From NCBI GenBank assembly GCA_964016885.1, contig OZ024743.1:275156001-275220000 (forward strand): 64,000 bases of DNA, in the 5' to 3' direction. The notes beneath the pieces were generated by a model, which did no database searches, was not told the DNA's origin, and worked only from the letters and a program-made list of their open reading frames with translations. A program made the position numbers and the translations under genes. Each line of letters begins with the position of its first letter. The stretch's first letter is position 1. Below are positions 25,637 through 39,312 of the stretch, one piece after another. This DNA is from Eledone cirrhosa. Taxonomy: Eukaryota.

Positions 25637-26594
25637 CTAAATGTTATTTGCATGGCGACTGAAAAGAAAGTAAAGTGGAGTGAAAAGCTGACAAAGAAAA
25701 CAAACATTTATGGTGAATTGTGTAACGGCTCTAGAAATATTCTTGGCTGTATTATGGTAAGGGCATTTGGGGGAGAACGCCACTTCATAAAACGCTTTGA
25801 ACTCTACCTATGTCTACTGTAGTTGAGGAGATGTAGAGGGAAGAGGAAAGAAACACAGAAAAATAAATAAATAAATAGATCCTCAAAAAACAGTGGAATG
25901 GGCGTGGATGGTAGATGGTTTGGTTATTATTTATTTTGTCTTTGTTTGCATCTTCAGTTCATTTTAAAGACATTTTAAAGACATCTGTTTCAAGAGTTGG
26001 TCCGACCTTAACAACAACAACAATAACAATATCGCGAAATTGTTAAATTGTCATGCAAATTGCCATGTAGTATTTAGTTACCACAGCGACTATATAGTCA
26101 TGGATAGTTATATGTCGCATTCTCTAGGGCCAGGATATTAACTGACGCTTTGTTAGGGTAGTTTTCAGTTCAAATCTCGCTGTGGTTGGTGTTGCTTTTC
26201 GTTATCAGGACAGTAAAATTGCTACAATCAGACACAGCACAAATGTAGGTAGGTTATTGTAAGAGGAATAGATATTAATAGACGTTATTTCGAGCAATGG
26301 CCGTGGAACTAATAAAGATGGGAGACAAGAGACAAAACAGTGATTTCACCAGTTAGGTGATCAAATTACACAGGGAGGAGGAAAAGGATTGATGGTAAGG
26401 TTGTAGGTAGGATATTAGAACGAACAAAGAGTGAGAGAGAGAGAGACATTGAGATAGAGATAGATAAATGGATAGAGAAAAAAGAGTAGACAAAAACCGA
26501 CGAAATACAATGAACTGACCAGTTCGTGGGTCAAATTACAAAGTTATGGAAAAGTGGTATATAGTAAAAAGAAAGAGTGAGGAGAGAAAGACAG

Positions 26595-26645
<51 letters not shown>

Positions 26646-26877
26646 AGCGCTGCAGGAATAAACAGCTGTTGAGGTTTCAAAATTATATGTTATTTTATAG
26701 CAACTGACTGTAAACTGCAGTTATTTTCTACTCTAGCGCGTCCTACATCTTATAAATTTATTCCCTCAGTGCTTCGTAAGTTCGAAAATTTGAGCTTTAC
26801 ACTTGTTATTCGTTTACATTTACAAACGCTGTTTGATTCAGCTGTTTAATTTAATTTAGACAATAAGCTGTTGTCAG

Positions 26878-26950
26878 AGGTATTTTAGCTCAATGGTGAA
26901 AGCATTCAGCCCGTATCTGAGAGGTACGAAGTTCGATCTTTTCGATTTTT
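26878..26950 (+). pseudogene. Degenerate tRNA-like sequence (SINE head or tRNA pseudogene)
   Basis: A-box TAGCTCAATGG, anticodon-like stem TCAG...CTGA, B-box AGTTCGATC; acceptor stem does not pair. Confidence 0.4.
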
Positions 26951-27252
26951 CCGATTTTTATAAGCTACTTTGTATCAGTTAGCTGTAATTGAGGGGTTTC
27001 CGAATATCGACCTTACTACTAAATTTTCAAATCGGTGCCAGTATACCGCGTATGGCATTAACTGCTGGTCGGTCAACAAATGATAGCAGCAGTGACAGAC
27101 TGTCTGGGGTTTGCAATAATGCTTAATATAGCAGCATGACATCACCAATATAGAACACTCGACCGTATTGAAGAAAAAAATTTGGAGTTGATTAGATCGA
27201 TATCCGGTGATTTCGATTTCGTTTACAATTTGCTCAACAAATATATATATAT

Positions 27253-27617
27253 ATTGTTATACTTGGGGAGGGTCATATTGTTGTAATAATATTGCCAGAA
27301 TTAATAACAGAACACACTCACTGTTTGGTTGGTTTTCGCTTCTGTATCCTTTATATCAGTTAATTTATTCGGTCCTCAATGTTTACTATTGACTGACCAA
27401 CGGTAAAAAAATTACCGATATAATATAGATATAAACACATAAATATAGTCTAACAAAGTGCAAATAAAGAACTTTGTTAGACTATATATATGTGTCTATA
27501 TTATATCTGTATTTTTTTACCGTTGGTCAGTCAATGGTAAACATGAGGACCGAATAAATTAACTGATATAAAGAATACAGAAGCGAAAACCAACTAAACA
27601 GTGAGTGTGTTCTGTTA
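27253..27617. mobile_element. Family B asymmetric palindromic element in (TA)n
   Basis: Arms 27306-27450 and 27478-27617; homologous to 60713-61896 and 2495-2565. Confidence 0.8.
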
Positions 27618-27802
27618 TATATATATATATATATATATAGTAGCGAAAAATCAGAAGGAAGGTTATATCTAAAGTTGGTAGAGCACTCAGTCCAAAGAAA
27701 GAGTTGGATATAGAATTAACTCTACAGCAATCACAACAATTACCAAACCATATTTGAGAATACGTGTTTCACCTAAAAAGGATTGTATGTGTGTGTGGAA
27801 TT

Positions 27803-27859
<57 letters not shown>

Positions 27860-27866
27860 CTCCCTT

Positions 27867-27909
<43 letters not shown>

Positions 27910-28009
27910 GTTTATATATATATATACTGTATATATATATATATATATACTGTATATATAATTAGGATTAGGATTTACCTTCAGGCATAGCTGTATACAG
28001 ATATGTATA

Positions 28010-28080
28010 GAAATGTCGTATTTCTAAAGAAACACGGTATGTTTACAGGTAAACATACCGTGTTTCTTTAGAAATACGAA

Positions 28081-28088
<8 letters not shown>
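28010..28088. repeat. Short palindrome abutting (TA)n
   Basis: TCGTATTTCTAAAGAAACACGGTATGTTTAC-AG-GTAAACATACCGTGTTTCTTTAGAAATACGA. Confidence 0.8.
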
Positions 28089-28132
<44 letters not shown>

Positions 28133-28160
28133 TTACAGTTCTAGTCCTGTAGAAGCCATT

Positions 28161-28233
<73 letters not shown>

Positions 28234-28235
<2 letters not shown>

Positions 28236-28422
28236 CGAAGGAAATGTGGTAAGGAACCAGGTGGACCATAACGCACCAAAGTACTCAATACTTAGGGTAG
28301 TAGAGTGGGTAATAGGAACGAGTAGGACCCCGACGGCTGAGCTCAAGCCGTTTCGACGGCTAATTCTGGACAGAATTAGCCGTCGAAACAGCTTGAGCTC
28401 AGCCGTCGGGGTTCTACTCGTT

Positions 28423-28425
<3 letters not shown>
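28234..28425. mobile_element. Family A palindromic mini-element
   Basis: Long minus arm and short plus arm joined at AATTCTGGA-CAGAATT. Confidence 0.9.
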
Positions 28426-28478
<53 letters not shown>

Positions 28479-28519
28479 CCAGGAGGTAACTAAAAAGGAA
28501 GATAGATGCATTTGTTCGT

Positions 28520-28770
28520 TCGTCCCACGTATTTCGATTTCGTTTTCTTCAGCCATAGCTATTTAGATGATGTCCTTTCTGTTGCTTGTATGCTGTTTTT
28601 TAATGGATCTCCTCCTCCTCGCTCTCGTAATACCCAGAGTTCCATAGGCTTTACGAAGGGAATGAACTGCGAAACCTCGACCGCCATCCTCTACTGGAAT
28701 GCATCTGGTTCTCCACACGTTCTTACGGAAGACTTCACCAACTCCTGAATATTATTTGTGTAAGATCAAT
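28520..28770 (-). pseudogene. HERO/R2-group non-LTR restriction-like endonuclease C-terminal fragment
   Basis: Minus translation ...WRTRCIPVEDGGRGFAVHSLRKAYGTLGITRARRRRSIK...ATERTSS.LWLKK matches the PVEVGCRGF...AAE.SS.WLW ending of RLE LINEs. Confidence 0.75.
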
Positions 28771-30029
28771 GTTTTCTTAGGAGAAAACATCGTTGATTGC
28801 AGCAGGAATGCATTTTAATACATCCCTCCTTATTTTCTTATACTGGTTTTGGCATCTTTGCCGCCCTAAATTATTGAAGAATATTTCTTTGACGTTTCAA
28901 GATAACATAGTTGTAAATATTGTTTAATTTAGTGAAGGGGCTCGATTTTAAAAAATATTCATTACGTAAGTGTGAATTTATGAGTACTTTCAAATAATTT
29001 CATACTTTTCACTCCTTGTATGTATGTATATGTGTATGCATGCATGTATGTATCTATGCATGTATGTATGTATGTGTGTGTGCATGTATGTATGTATGCA
29101 TGTATGTATATATGTATGAGTGTAAATGTATGTATATATGTATATGTGTATTTATGTATATATATGCACACACAAACACGCATATATACACGTACATGCA
29201 TGTATACATGCATACATATATACATACATACACACAAATATATATAATATATGTGTGTGTATATGTATGTTGGTGTGTGTGTGTGTATCGTTATAAAACA
29301 TTCCACACTGATGACGAATACTGAAGAAATTGTCGGATAACGCGAGGGAGAAAAGGGGAGACGGACAGACAGACTGACAAACAGATAGACAAGCGGCAGA
29401 CAGGGATACACTTGAAATTACGGGTGCAAATTATTTTGGCGAGTCCTTCTATACGTAAAAACGAAATTACCCAATAACTAAACTATTGGACGGAAGCATC
29501 ATATATGAGTTCATATCAACCAGAATGATCATTGATCTGTTGTGCGTCTTGACTTTCTTAGATTCACCAGCCCAGAGTTTATCCCACTACCAAGAGTCAT
29601 AAAGAAAATACAAGGCTTCTCCTCAGAACGTGACATCAGTCCGTCACACCGTAAAACTCCCAGATTTTGAGCTAATTGTTTTTTGGTTTGTTATTTTTCG
29701 GTTCAGTAAACTCGAAATGAAATGTCTTAACTGAAGGACAAAACGTGCTGCCCGGATCGAGGGTCAACTCCAGGACCATACGATTGTGAGCCCAACAGCC
29801 TAAACACTAGGCTGCACGCATGTATATTCAGGAAATCTATTTTAAATTCTCATGTGAGTTTAATTAGGCAAGGAGATGAGAGAAGCTTTCCTGTGATAGT
29901 TCCATGTCGTTTCGAAGAGATGATTTGCTTCGCATCCACTTCATCCCTTCTTATGATTTACATTAATTCCTAGCACCTCGATGTGGTAACACCAAATTGA
30001 TTGGCTTACTAGTACATCTGTGAAGATGC

Positions 30030-33000
30030 ATTGCTTAGTAGTTAGGGTGTTCGGGTCCGATCTAAGGATCGTGAGTTTGATTCCCGGTGACGTCATGTGT
30101 CCTTGAGCAGACATTATATTTCACGTTGTTCCAGTTCATTCGGCTGTCAAAGACACTATATTTCACGTTGTTCCAGTTCATTCGGCTGTCAAAGACACTA
30201 TATTTCACGTTGTTCCAGTCCATTCGGCTGTCAAAGACACTATATTTCACGTTGTTCCAGTCCATTCGGCTGTCAAAGACATTATATTTCACGTTGTTCC
30301 AGTTCATTCGGCTGTCAAAAACACTATATTTCACGTTGTTCCAGTTCATTCGGCTGTCAAAGACACTATATTTCACGTTGTTCCAGTTCATTCGGCTGTC
30401 AAAGACACTATATTTCACGTTGTTCCAGTTCATTCGGCTGTCAAAGACACTATATTTCACGTTGTTCCAGTTCATTCGGCTGTCAAAAACACTATATTTC
30501 ACGTTATTCCAGTTCATTCGGCTGTCAAAGACACTATATTTCACGTTGTTCCAGTCCATTCGGCTGTCAAATACACTATATTTCACGTTGTTCCAGTCCA
30601 TTCGGCTGTCAAAGACATTATATTTCACGTTGTTCCAGTCCATTCGGCTGCCAAAGACACTATATTTCACGTTGTTCCAGTCCATTCGGCTGTCAAATAC
30701 ACTATATTTCACGTTGTTCCAGTCCATTCGGCTGTCAAATACACTATATTTCACGTTGTTCCAGTCCATTCGGCTGTCAAATACACTATATTTCACGTTG
30801 TTCCAGTCCATTCGGCTGTCAAATACACTATATTTCACGTTGTTCCAGTCCATTCGGTTGTCAAAAACACTATATTTCACGTTGTTCCAGTCCATTCGGC
30901 TGTCAAAGACACTATATTTCACGTTGTTCCAGTCCATTCGGCTGTCAAAGACATTATATTTCACGTTGTTCCAGTCCATTCGGCTGTCAAAGACACTATA
31001 TTTCACGTTGTTCCAGTCCATTCGGCTGTCAAAGACATTATATTTCACGTTGTTCCAGTCCATTCGGCTGTCAAAGACATTATATTTCATGTTGTTCCAG
31101 TCCATTCGGTTGTCAAAAACACTATATTTCACGTTGTTCCAGTCCATTCGGCTGTCAAAGACATTATATTTCATGTTGTTCCAGTCCATTCGGCTGTCAA
31201 AGACATTATATTTCATGTTGTTCCAGTCCATTCGGATGTCAAAGACATTATATTTCATGTTGTTCCAGTCCATTCGGTTGTCAAAAACACTATATTTCAC
31301 GTTGTTCCAGTCCATTCGGCTGTCAAAGACATTATATTTCATGTTGTTCCAGTCCATTCGGCTGTCAAAGACATTATATTTCATGTTGTTCCAGTCCATT
31401 CGGTTGTCAAAAACACTATATTTCACGTTGTTCCAGTCCATTCGGCTGTCAAAGACATTATATTTCATGTTGTTCCAGTCCATTCGGCTGTCAAAGACAT
31501 TATATTTCATGTTGTTCCAGTCCATTCGGCTGTCAAAGACATTATATTTCATGTTGTTCCAGTCCATTCGGTTGTCAAAAACACTATATTTCACGTTGTT
31601 CCAGTCCATTCGGCTGTCAAAGACATTATATTTCATGTTGTTCCAGTCCATTTGGCTGTCAAAGACATTATATTTCATGTTGTTCCAGTCCATTCGGTTG
31701 TCAAAAACACTATATTTCACGTTGTTCCAGTTCATTCGGCTGTCAAAGACACTATATTTCACGTTGTTCCAGTCCATTCGGCTGTCAAAGACACTATTTT
31801 CACGTTGTTCCAGTCCATTCGGCTGTCAAAAACATTATATTTCATGTTGTTCCAGTCCATTCGGTTGTCAAAAACACTATATTTCACGTTGTTCCAGTCC
31901 ATTTGGCTGTCAAAGACATTATATTTCATGTTGTTCCAGTCCATTCGGTTGTCAAAAACACTATATTTCACGTTGTTCCAGTCCATTCGGCTGTCAAAGA
32001 CACTATTTTCACGTTGTTCCAGTCCATTCGGCTGTCAAAAACATTATATTTCATGTTGTTCCAGTCCATTCGGCTGTCAAAGACATTATATTTCATGTTG
32101 TTCCAGTCCATTCGGTTGTCAAAAACACTATATTTCACGTTGTTCCAGTCCATTCGGCTGTCAAAGACATTATATTTCATGTTGTTCCAGTCCATTCGGT
32201 TGTCAAAAACACTATATTTCACGTTGTTCCAGTCCATTCGGCTGTCAAAGACATTATATTTCATGTTGTTCCAGTCCATTCGGCTGTCAAAGACATTATA
32301 TTTCACGTTGTTCCAGTCCATTCGGCTGTCAAAGACATTATATTTCATGTTGTTCCAGTCCATTCGGCTGTCAAAGACACTATATTTCATGTTGTTCCAG
32401 TCCATTCGGTTGTCAAAGACACTATATTTCATGTTGTTCCAGTCCATTCGGTTGTCACAGACACTATATTTCACGTTGTTCCAGTCCATTTGGCTGTCAA
32501 AAACACTATATTTCACGTTGTTCCAGTCCATTCGGCTGTCAAAAACACTATATTTCACGTTGTTCCAGTCCATTCGGCTGTCAAAAACACTATATTTCAC
32601 GTTGTTCCAGTCCATTCGGCTGTCAAAGACATTATATTTCACGTTGTTCCAGTCCATTCGGCTGTCAAAGACATTATATTTCATGTTGTTCCAGTCCATT
32701 CGGCTGTCAAAGACACTATATTTCATGTTGTTCCAGTCCATTCGGTTGTCAAAGACACTATATTTCACGTTGTTCCAGTTCATTCGGCTGTCAAAGACAC
32801 TATATTTCACGTTGTTCCAGTCCATTCGGCTGTCAAAGAAACTATATTTCACGTTGTTCCAGTCCATTCGGCTGTCAAAGACATTATATTTCATGTTGGT
32901 CCAGTCCATTCGGTTGTCAAAAACACTATATTTCACGTTGTTCCAGTTCATTCGGCTGTCAAAGAAACTATATTTCACGTTGTTCCAGTCCATTCGGTTG

Positions 33001-34262
33001 TCAAAAACACTATATTTCACGTTGTTCCAGTCCATTCGGCTGTCAAAGATACTATATTTCACGTTGTTCCAGTCCATTCGGTTGTCAAAGATACTATATT
33101 TCACGTTGTTCCAGTCCATTCGGCTGTCAAAAACACTATATTTCACGTTGTTCCAGTTCATTCGGCTGTCAAAGAAACTATATTTCACGTTGTTCCAGTC
33201 CATTCGGCTGTCAAAGAAACTATATTTCACGTTGTTCCAGTCCATTCGGCTGTCAAAGACACTATATTTCACGTTGTTCCAGTCCATTCGGTTGTCAAAG
33301 ATACTATATTTCACGTTGTTCCAGTCCATTCGGTTGTCAAAAACACTATATTTCACGTTGTTCCAGTTCATTCCGCTGTCAAAGACACTATATTTCACGT
33401 TGTTCCAGTCCATTCGGCTGTCAAAGATACTATATTTCACGTTGTTCCAGTCCATTCGGTTGTCAAAGATACTATATTTCACGTTGTTCCAGTCCATTCG
33501 GTTGTCAAAAACACTATATTTCACGTTGTTCCAGTCCATTCGGCTGTCAAATACACTATATTTCACGTTGTTCCAGTCCATTCGGCTGTCAAAGACACTA
33601 TATTTCACGTTGTTCCAGTTCATTCGGCTGTCAAAGACACTATATTTCACGTTGTTCCAGTTCATTCGGCTGTCAAATACACTATATTTCATGTTGTTCC
33701 AGTCCATTCGGCTGTCAAAGATACTATATTTCACGTTGTTCCAGTCCATTCGGCTGTCAAAGACACTATATTTCACGTTGTTCCAGTCCATTCGGCTGTC
33801 AAATACACTATATTTCACGTTGTTCCAGTCCATTCGGCTGTCAAATACACTATATTTCATGTTGTTCCAGTCCATTCGGCTGTCAAATACACTATATTTC
33901 ATGTTGTTCCAGTCCATTTGGTTGTCAAATACACTATATTTCATGTTGTTCCAGTCCATTCGGCTGTCAAATACACTATATTTCATGTTGTTCCAGTCCA
34001 TTCGGTTGTCAAATACACTATATTTCATGTTGTTCCAGTCCATTCGGTTGTCAAAGACATTATATTTCATGTTGTTCCACCCCATTACGCTGTCAAAAAT
34101 GAATTGTACCTGGGATTCAAAGGGCCATCCTTGTCACGCACTCTGTCACGTTAAAAGCACACGTGTCACTGGAAAGCCCAAATGCGTGCTTGTTTATTTT
34201 CACGAGTAGATTGTTCCCGTTGATCAAAGAATTGAAACTGACAAACGCCCATTCCATCCCAC
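30030..34262 (+). mobile_element. SINE type 2 whose body contains an internally amplified satellite
   Basis: tRNA head (TTGCTTAGTAG, GAGTTTGATTCCC) at 30030-30110; normal SINE 3' part resumes at ~34097 (compare 58460-58625). Confidence 0.8.
30110..34096. repeat. 42-bp tandem satellite, about 95 copies
   Basis: Unit GACACTATATTTCACGTTGTTCCAGTCCATTCGGCTGTCAAA; no spacers; 1-bp-deleted units near 31795 and 32004. Confidence 0.97.
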
Positions 34263-34821
34263 AATTCCACAACGATAGCATAAGTACGTATGTCCCTTCG
34301 TGCCACATATTTAAGCTTAAAGAAAGAATTTTGTTTGATGACCATGTAATTTACAGTAATTCCCAGCAACGCAAGATGACAGTACCAAGTAGACAAGCTT
34401 ATAGCGCATTTGTGTATAGAGCAGTATAATTACAATAGACATGTAAATGTTCGTTTTATGTATACGGGGACCTAAAGAATGCTAGAAATAACAACAAGAA
34501 GAGCTGTATCAGCAACTACAGCAAGATTCATGCGGCGTATTTTATTATTATTAGCAGTGATGCGTTAACGAAGACTGGGATTCGGGATACGTAACTGGGA
34601 AATAAAGTATGTAAAACTCCGCCCACCCAAGGTCTTATTTTAACTGTAGTTACGATATAGAATGGGTAAACAAATGAGAGATATTTACATGAGAGAAGAA
34701 ATAGAAGAGGAAAATGAAAGTTGAGAACAAGAAGTTGTCTGAAGACAACAGAATGATGTAGTGGGGCAGGAGGGGGAGATTTTGGAGGAAGATGGCGGTG
34801 AGGGAGGATCATGAGAGCGGT

Positions 34822-35072
34822 AAAGAAGAAGAAGAAGAAGAAGAAGAAGAAGAAGAAGAAGAAGAAGAAGAAGAAGAAGAAGAAGAAGAAGAAGAAGAAG
34901 AAGAAGAAGAAGAAGAAGAAGAAGAAGAAGAAGAAGAGGAGGAGGAGGAGGAGGAGGAGGAGGAGGAGGAGGAGAAGAAGAAGAAGAAGAAGAAGAAGAA
35001 GAAGAAGAAGAAGAAGAAGAAGAAGAAGAAGAAGAAGAAGAAGAAGAAGAAGAAGAAGAAGAAGAAGAAGAA
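34822..35072. repeat. Compound (GAA)n-(GAG)n-(GAA)n polypurine tract
   Basis: Direct reading. Confidence 0.95.
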
Positions 35073-35329
35073 AAGATATTTGATAAATGCATAGCAATAA
35101 AATTTGAGAAAATGTGAAAAAATATCATTATATTTTCGTTTATATTTTTGTTTCTTGAAATATAAAATAAAATAAAAAGAAATATATATTTGGGCCCAAG
35201 GATGACCCTTTGAAATACCCTTTAGTATATTCCTACTACATATTTTCCTCGACCCAATGAAAGCGACTCAAGCAAAAAGTAAATGACCTTGAAATCACAC
35301 TCGCTAAAGTTTTACATAAAAATAATAAC

Positions 35330-35510
35330 AATTGTTTCTACTTTTGGCACAAGGCCAGCAATTATCCCAGTACATTACTGGTGCTTTATTCTATCGACCC
35401 CATAGGGATGAAAGGCAAAGTTAACCTCGGCGAGATTTTAACTGAAACTATAAAGGGACGTAACTCTATGCTGCAAAGCATAGCGTCCGACCCTCTAACG
35501 ATACTACCAA
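35330..35510 (-). mobile_element. SINE type 1
   Basis: Antisense tail TTGTTTCTACTTTTGGCACAAGGCCAGCAATT through to head. Confidence 0.8.
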
Positions 35511-35744
35511 TAATAATAATAAAATAATAAAAAGACAGATGGGATGGCCATGGGTCAGAAGCTTTTGTTTCAAGTAAACGGTAACAACAAAGCAAACAAT
35601 ACAATACATTGACGAAATATATTAGTTTATAGCTTGATATAGTAGGAAAAGAGTCTTAATGTTTCGGACACTAGTCCTTCATCAATATCATCATCATCAT
35701 CATCATCATCACCATCCTGATCATCATTATAGCAGCAGCAGCAT

Positions 35745-36020
35745 CATACCTTTACGTCCATTTCTCCATACTTTAATGAGTTGGACGTGTCTATTCTATC
35801 ACAGTTTCTCTCCATCTGCTGCCATCCTTTATCATTTCCTCGGCGTTTTGAAATCCGTTCTCACTACTTCTGCCCAAGTCTTCCTTGGCCGTACTGCAGC
35901 TTCCTTTCACTGTAAACCCCTGTCAATTATTCACCCAACAATCATCATTCATACGCCTAACTTATCCACACAAGCGCAGACTTCTCTCTTTCACGCCATA
36001 TTTGATGTCTCTGATACACA
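35745..36020 (-). pseudogene. RTE-clade LINE ORF C-terminus and 3' end
   Basis: Minus translation GVKERSLRLCG*VRRMNDDCWV...RPRKTWAEVVRTD resembles the RLRWYGHV.RM...GRPRKTW motif; ends in (TGA)n. Confidence 0.7.
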
Positions 36021-36174
36021 GGTTTTCACACACACACATATACACACACGCACACATACACACACACACACACACGCACACATACACACATACACACACA
36101 CATAGACACACAAACACAAATAGATATATAGATATATATGTACTTGTATTTACACTCAGCTTACATGTATTGAA

Positions 36175-36337
36175 TAATTGTTTCTACTTTTGGCACCAGG
36201 CCAGCAATTATCCCAGTGCATTACTGGTACTTTATTTTATCGACCCCGTAAGGATGAAAGGCAAAGTTAACCTCGGCGGGATTTGAACTCAGATCATAAA
36301 GGCGCCCGACCCTCTACCGATACTGCCAATCCACCGT
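36175..36337 (-). mobile_element. SINE type 1 (internal deletion)
   Basis: Same antisense motifs. Confidence 0.8.
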
Positions 36338-36427
36338 ATTGAATAATGACTGAACATTGTATGTATAAATATATACTTGAAATTAAAACATTCCCTTCCG
36401 TATATATATATATATGTATATACACAC

Positions 36428-36479
<52 letters not shown>

Positions 36480-36489
36480 TAATACATGC

Positions 36490-36553
<64 letters not shown>

Positions 36554-36585
36554 TGCATATATATGTATATATGTATGTATGTGTG

Positions 36586-36642
<57 letters not shown>

Positions 36643-37101
36643 CAATATATATACATGTCAATTTTATACATCTGCCTCATGTCAGCTAATTTTACACACT
36701 AAAATCGTAGATATACTATACTTCCCACCTAGATTGATGTTGTGATTATTTCAGATAAGTTATTGCTAGCATTGTTAGTATTGTTGTTATTGTTCTGATT
36801 GAATGCCATTGCTACTATATATAGTAGCCATGCCTGTATATTCCTTTTTATTCTCACAAGCTCCGATGAATTGACTGGTTATAACTTTGTATTGGTGATC
36901 GAATAACGTGAAAACAAGCGAGTAGCGATCTCTAGACCTACCAGTTCAGAGAAACAATTGTCAGCAATGAGATTAAAAACCTTTTTTGTATAGAAAATCG
37001 TATCACTCTTCTTTCCTGATTTATATATATATATATATATATGTGTGTATGTATGTATGTATGTATGTATGTATGTATGTATGTGTGTATGTATGTATAT
37101 A

Positions 37102-37134
<33 letters not shown>

Positions 37135-37144
37135 GTATATATAG

Positions 37145-37362
37145 TGAAGGCGTGTGGCTGAGTAGTTAGAGAATTGGATTCGCAATCGTAAGGTTGTGAG
37201 TTCGGTTCCTGGACCAGGCGATGCGTTATGTCCTTGAGCAAGACACTTTATTTCACGTTGCTCCTTCCACCTGGAGTTGCGACCGATAGATAGCATTAGC
37301 AATTGGAAAGACCAACGGAAACATTGTTCCCTCGGTCCGATTTGACGAAAGTCGATCGTTCC
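37145..37362 (+). mobile_element. SINE type 2
   Basis: GGCGTGTGGCTGAGTAG A-box, GAGTTCGGTTCC B-box, TGTCCTTGAGCAAGACACTTTATTTCACG. Confidence 0.85.
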
Positions 37363-37384
37363 ATAAAAATATATATATATATAT

Positions 37385-37886
37385 AAGCAGAAGGGATATT
37401 CAATTTGTTGGTAATTCAACAAATATAAATGTTTATAACTGATTCAGAGCACTCTACAGGCTTTCAATGATATTAAATAAATGGAAACTATATTTTTTAT
37501 AAAACCATATGTATTCTATTATATATATTTCAAGGGTACCAACATTTTGGTACGCTATCATCAGATAAAATATGAAGTGTATTTTATAAATGTTGACATA
37601 ACCAAGGAGAATATACCTTAACGGTTCGGATAACTTGAACTGTTAAGGTATATTCTCCTTGGTTATGTCAACATTTATAAAATACACTTCGTATTTTATC
37701 TGATGATAGCGTACCAAAATGTTGGTACCCTTGAAATATAGATAATAGAATACATATGGTTTTATAAATATAGTTTCCATTTATTTAATATCATTGTACA
37801 TTATACTCCAAAAACTGTTGAGTGCTCTGAATCTGTTATAAACATTTATATTTGTTGAATTACCAACAAATTGAATATCCCTTCTG

Positions 37887-37890
<4 letters not shown>
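37385..37890. mobile_element. About 500-bp head-to-head palindrome in (TA)n with a hammerhead in each arm
   Basis: Centre ~37632; right arm CTGATGA(37700)-tAGCGTACCA...TGGTACCCTt-GAAA-TATA. Confidence 0.85.
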
Positions 37891-37949
<59 letters not shown>

Positions 37950-37962
37950 TTAATATAGATGA

Positions 37963-38011
37963 GATTCTACAGGACTAGAACTGTTTCATTCCTTAGAAAT
38001 CATCAGGAATC
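37963..38011 (-). ncRNA. Type I hammerhead ribozyme
   Basis: Minus: GATTC-CTGATGA-tTTC taag GAAt-GAAA-CAG ttctagtc CTG-TA-GAATC; all stems pair. Confidence 0.85.
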
Positions 38012-38193
38012 TGGGTATCAAAAAATAAATATGGTATTTAAAGGTCTCTTCAGGTGGTAGGAGAGGGTAGGGAGTGGGATGGGTAGAGGTCATTGGTTGA
38101 TAGAAAAGGGAATTCATTAAAAGCTAATTCTTCAAAGCTATAATTTATATTTAGAGTAACAAAGGCAGAAAGAATTCTATAAACAGGAATAAC

Positions 38194-38409
<216 letters not shown>

Positions 38410-38856
38410 TTTATTAAAATAACAGATTAAAGTTTAAGCAAAGAATCGCTGCTTTCACCCTTAACGGGATCTTCTGAAACTAACAAAGTCAATCTGTAAA
38501 CGCAGAACTGGATATTTCAAAAAACGTTGCAACCGGAGGAAGACAGGAAGACGATACTTTGGTTCGTGGTAACGTTATATATATATATATATAAACACGC
38601 ATATGTCATCGTGTTCACTGCTCCTTTATTTTGTGATGTTATGAAATACTATAAAGTATAGTGTCTATATATTGTGTTGCATATCAACGACCTCGTCACT
38701 GACACATTAACACAATTCCACTGCATGCTTTCTGAAAATATTGCCACTTATTCTCTTGCACGCAATGATGTGAATAAGCAGGACGTTGATGTACATTGGT
38801 GTCAATCGCTCACACATTATAGAGTGTGTGAAACTATGACTAAAATACAACAAAAG

Positions 38857-38891
<35 letters not shown>

Positions 38892-39024
38892 ACAGGGAGA
38901 AAGAGACGATTATGAGGAAGAAAAATATATTTTTTTCCTTTTTTGTTTCTCTCTCTCTTTTTTCTGGGTTAGAAAATGATTAAAACGTGATGTTATTATT
39001 TAACAATGGCATTTATATATATAT

Positions 39025-39212
39025 AGGGAAAAGTATGACCCCGACGGCAGAGCTCAAGCCGTTTCGACTGGTAGTCCAGAAATAGCCGTCGAAACGGCTT
39101 GAGCTCTGCCGTCGGGGTCATACTTTTTCCTATTTCCCACTCTACTACCCTAAGTATTGAGTACTCTGGTGCGTTATGGTCTATCTGGTTCCTTACCACA
39201 ATTCCTTTGTTA
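39025..39212. mobile_element. Family A (variant) palindromic mini-element
   Basis: Short minus arm, long plus arm, junction at GTTTCGACTGGTAGTCCAGAAATAGCC. Confidence 0.85.
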
Positions 39213-39312
39213 TATATATTGGAAAATGTGTGAAATCCTTGGTACAGTTAGGTATATTTGAAAAAAGGAAAATAATGACTTCGCTTGTAGTTCTAAAGAA
39301 TTTGATTTAATT

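Noticed and set aside
26878-26950. Functional tRNA gene
   Set aside because: Acceptor and T stems do not pair; kept only as a tRNA-like remnant.
28234-28425. Family A as a classical Tc1/Stowaway MITE or an intrinsic terminator
   Set aside because: The inverted repeats are internal and asymmetric, junctions vary between copies, single-arm and kb-long versions exist, and the DNA is eukaryotic.
30062-34209. ORFs of 571-1370 aa and a CRISPR-like regular array
   Set aside because: The 42-bp unit is a multiple of 3 and stop-free in several frames on both strands. There are no unique spacers and no cas genes, and the unit derives from a SINE body.
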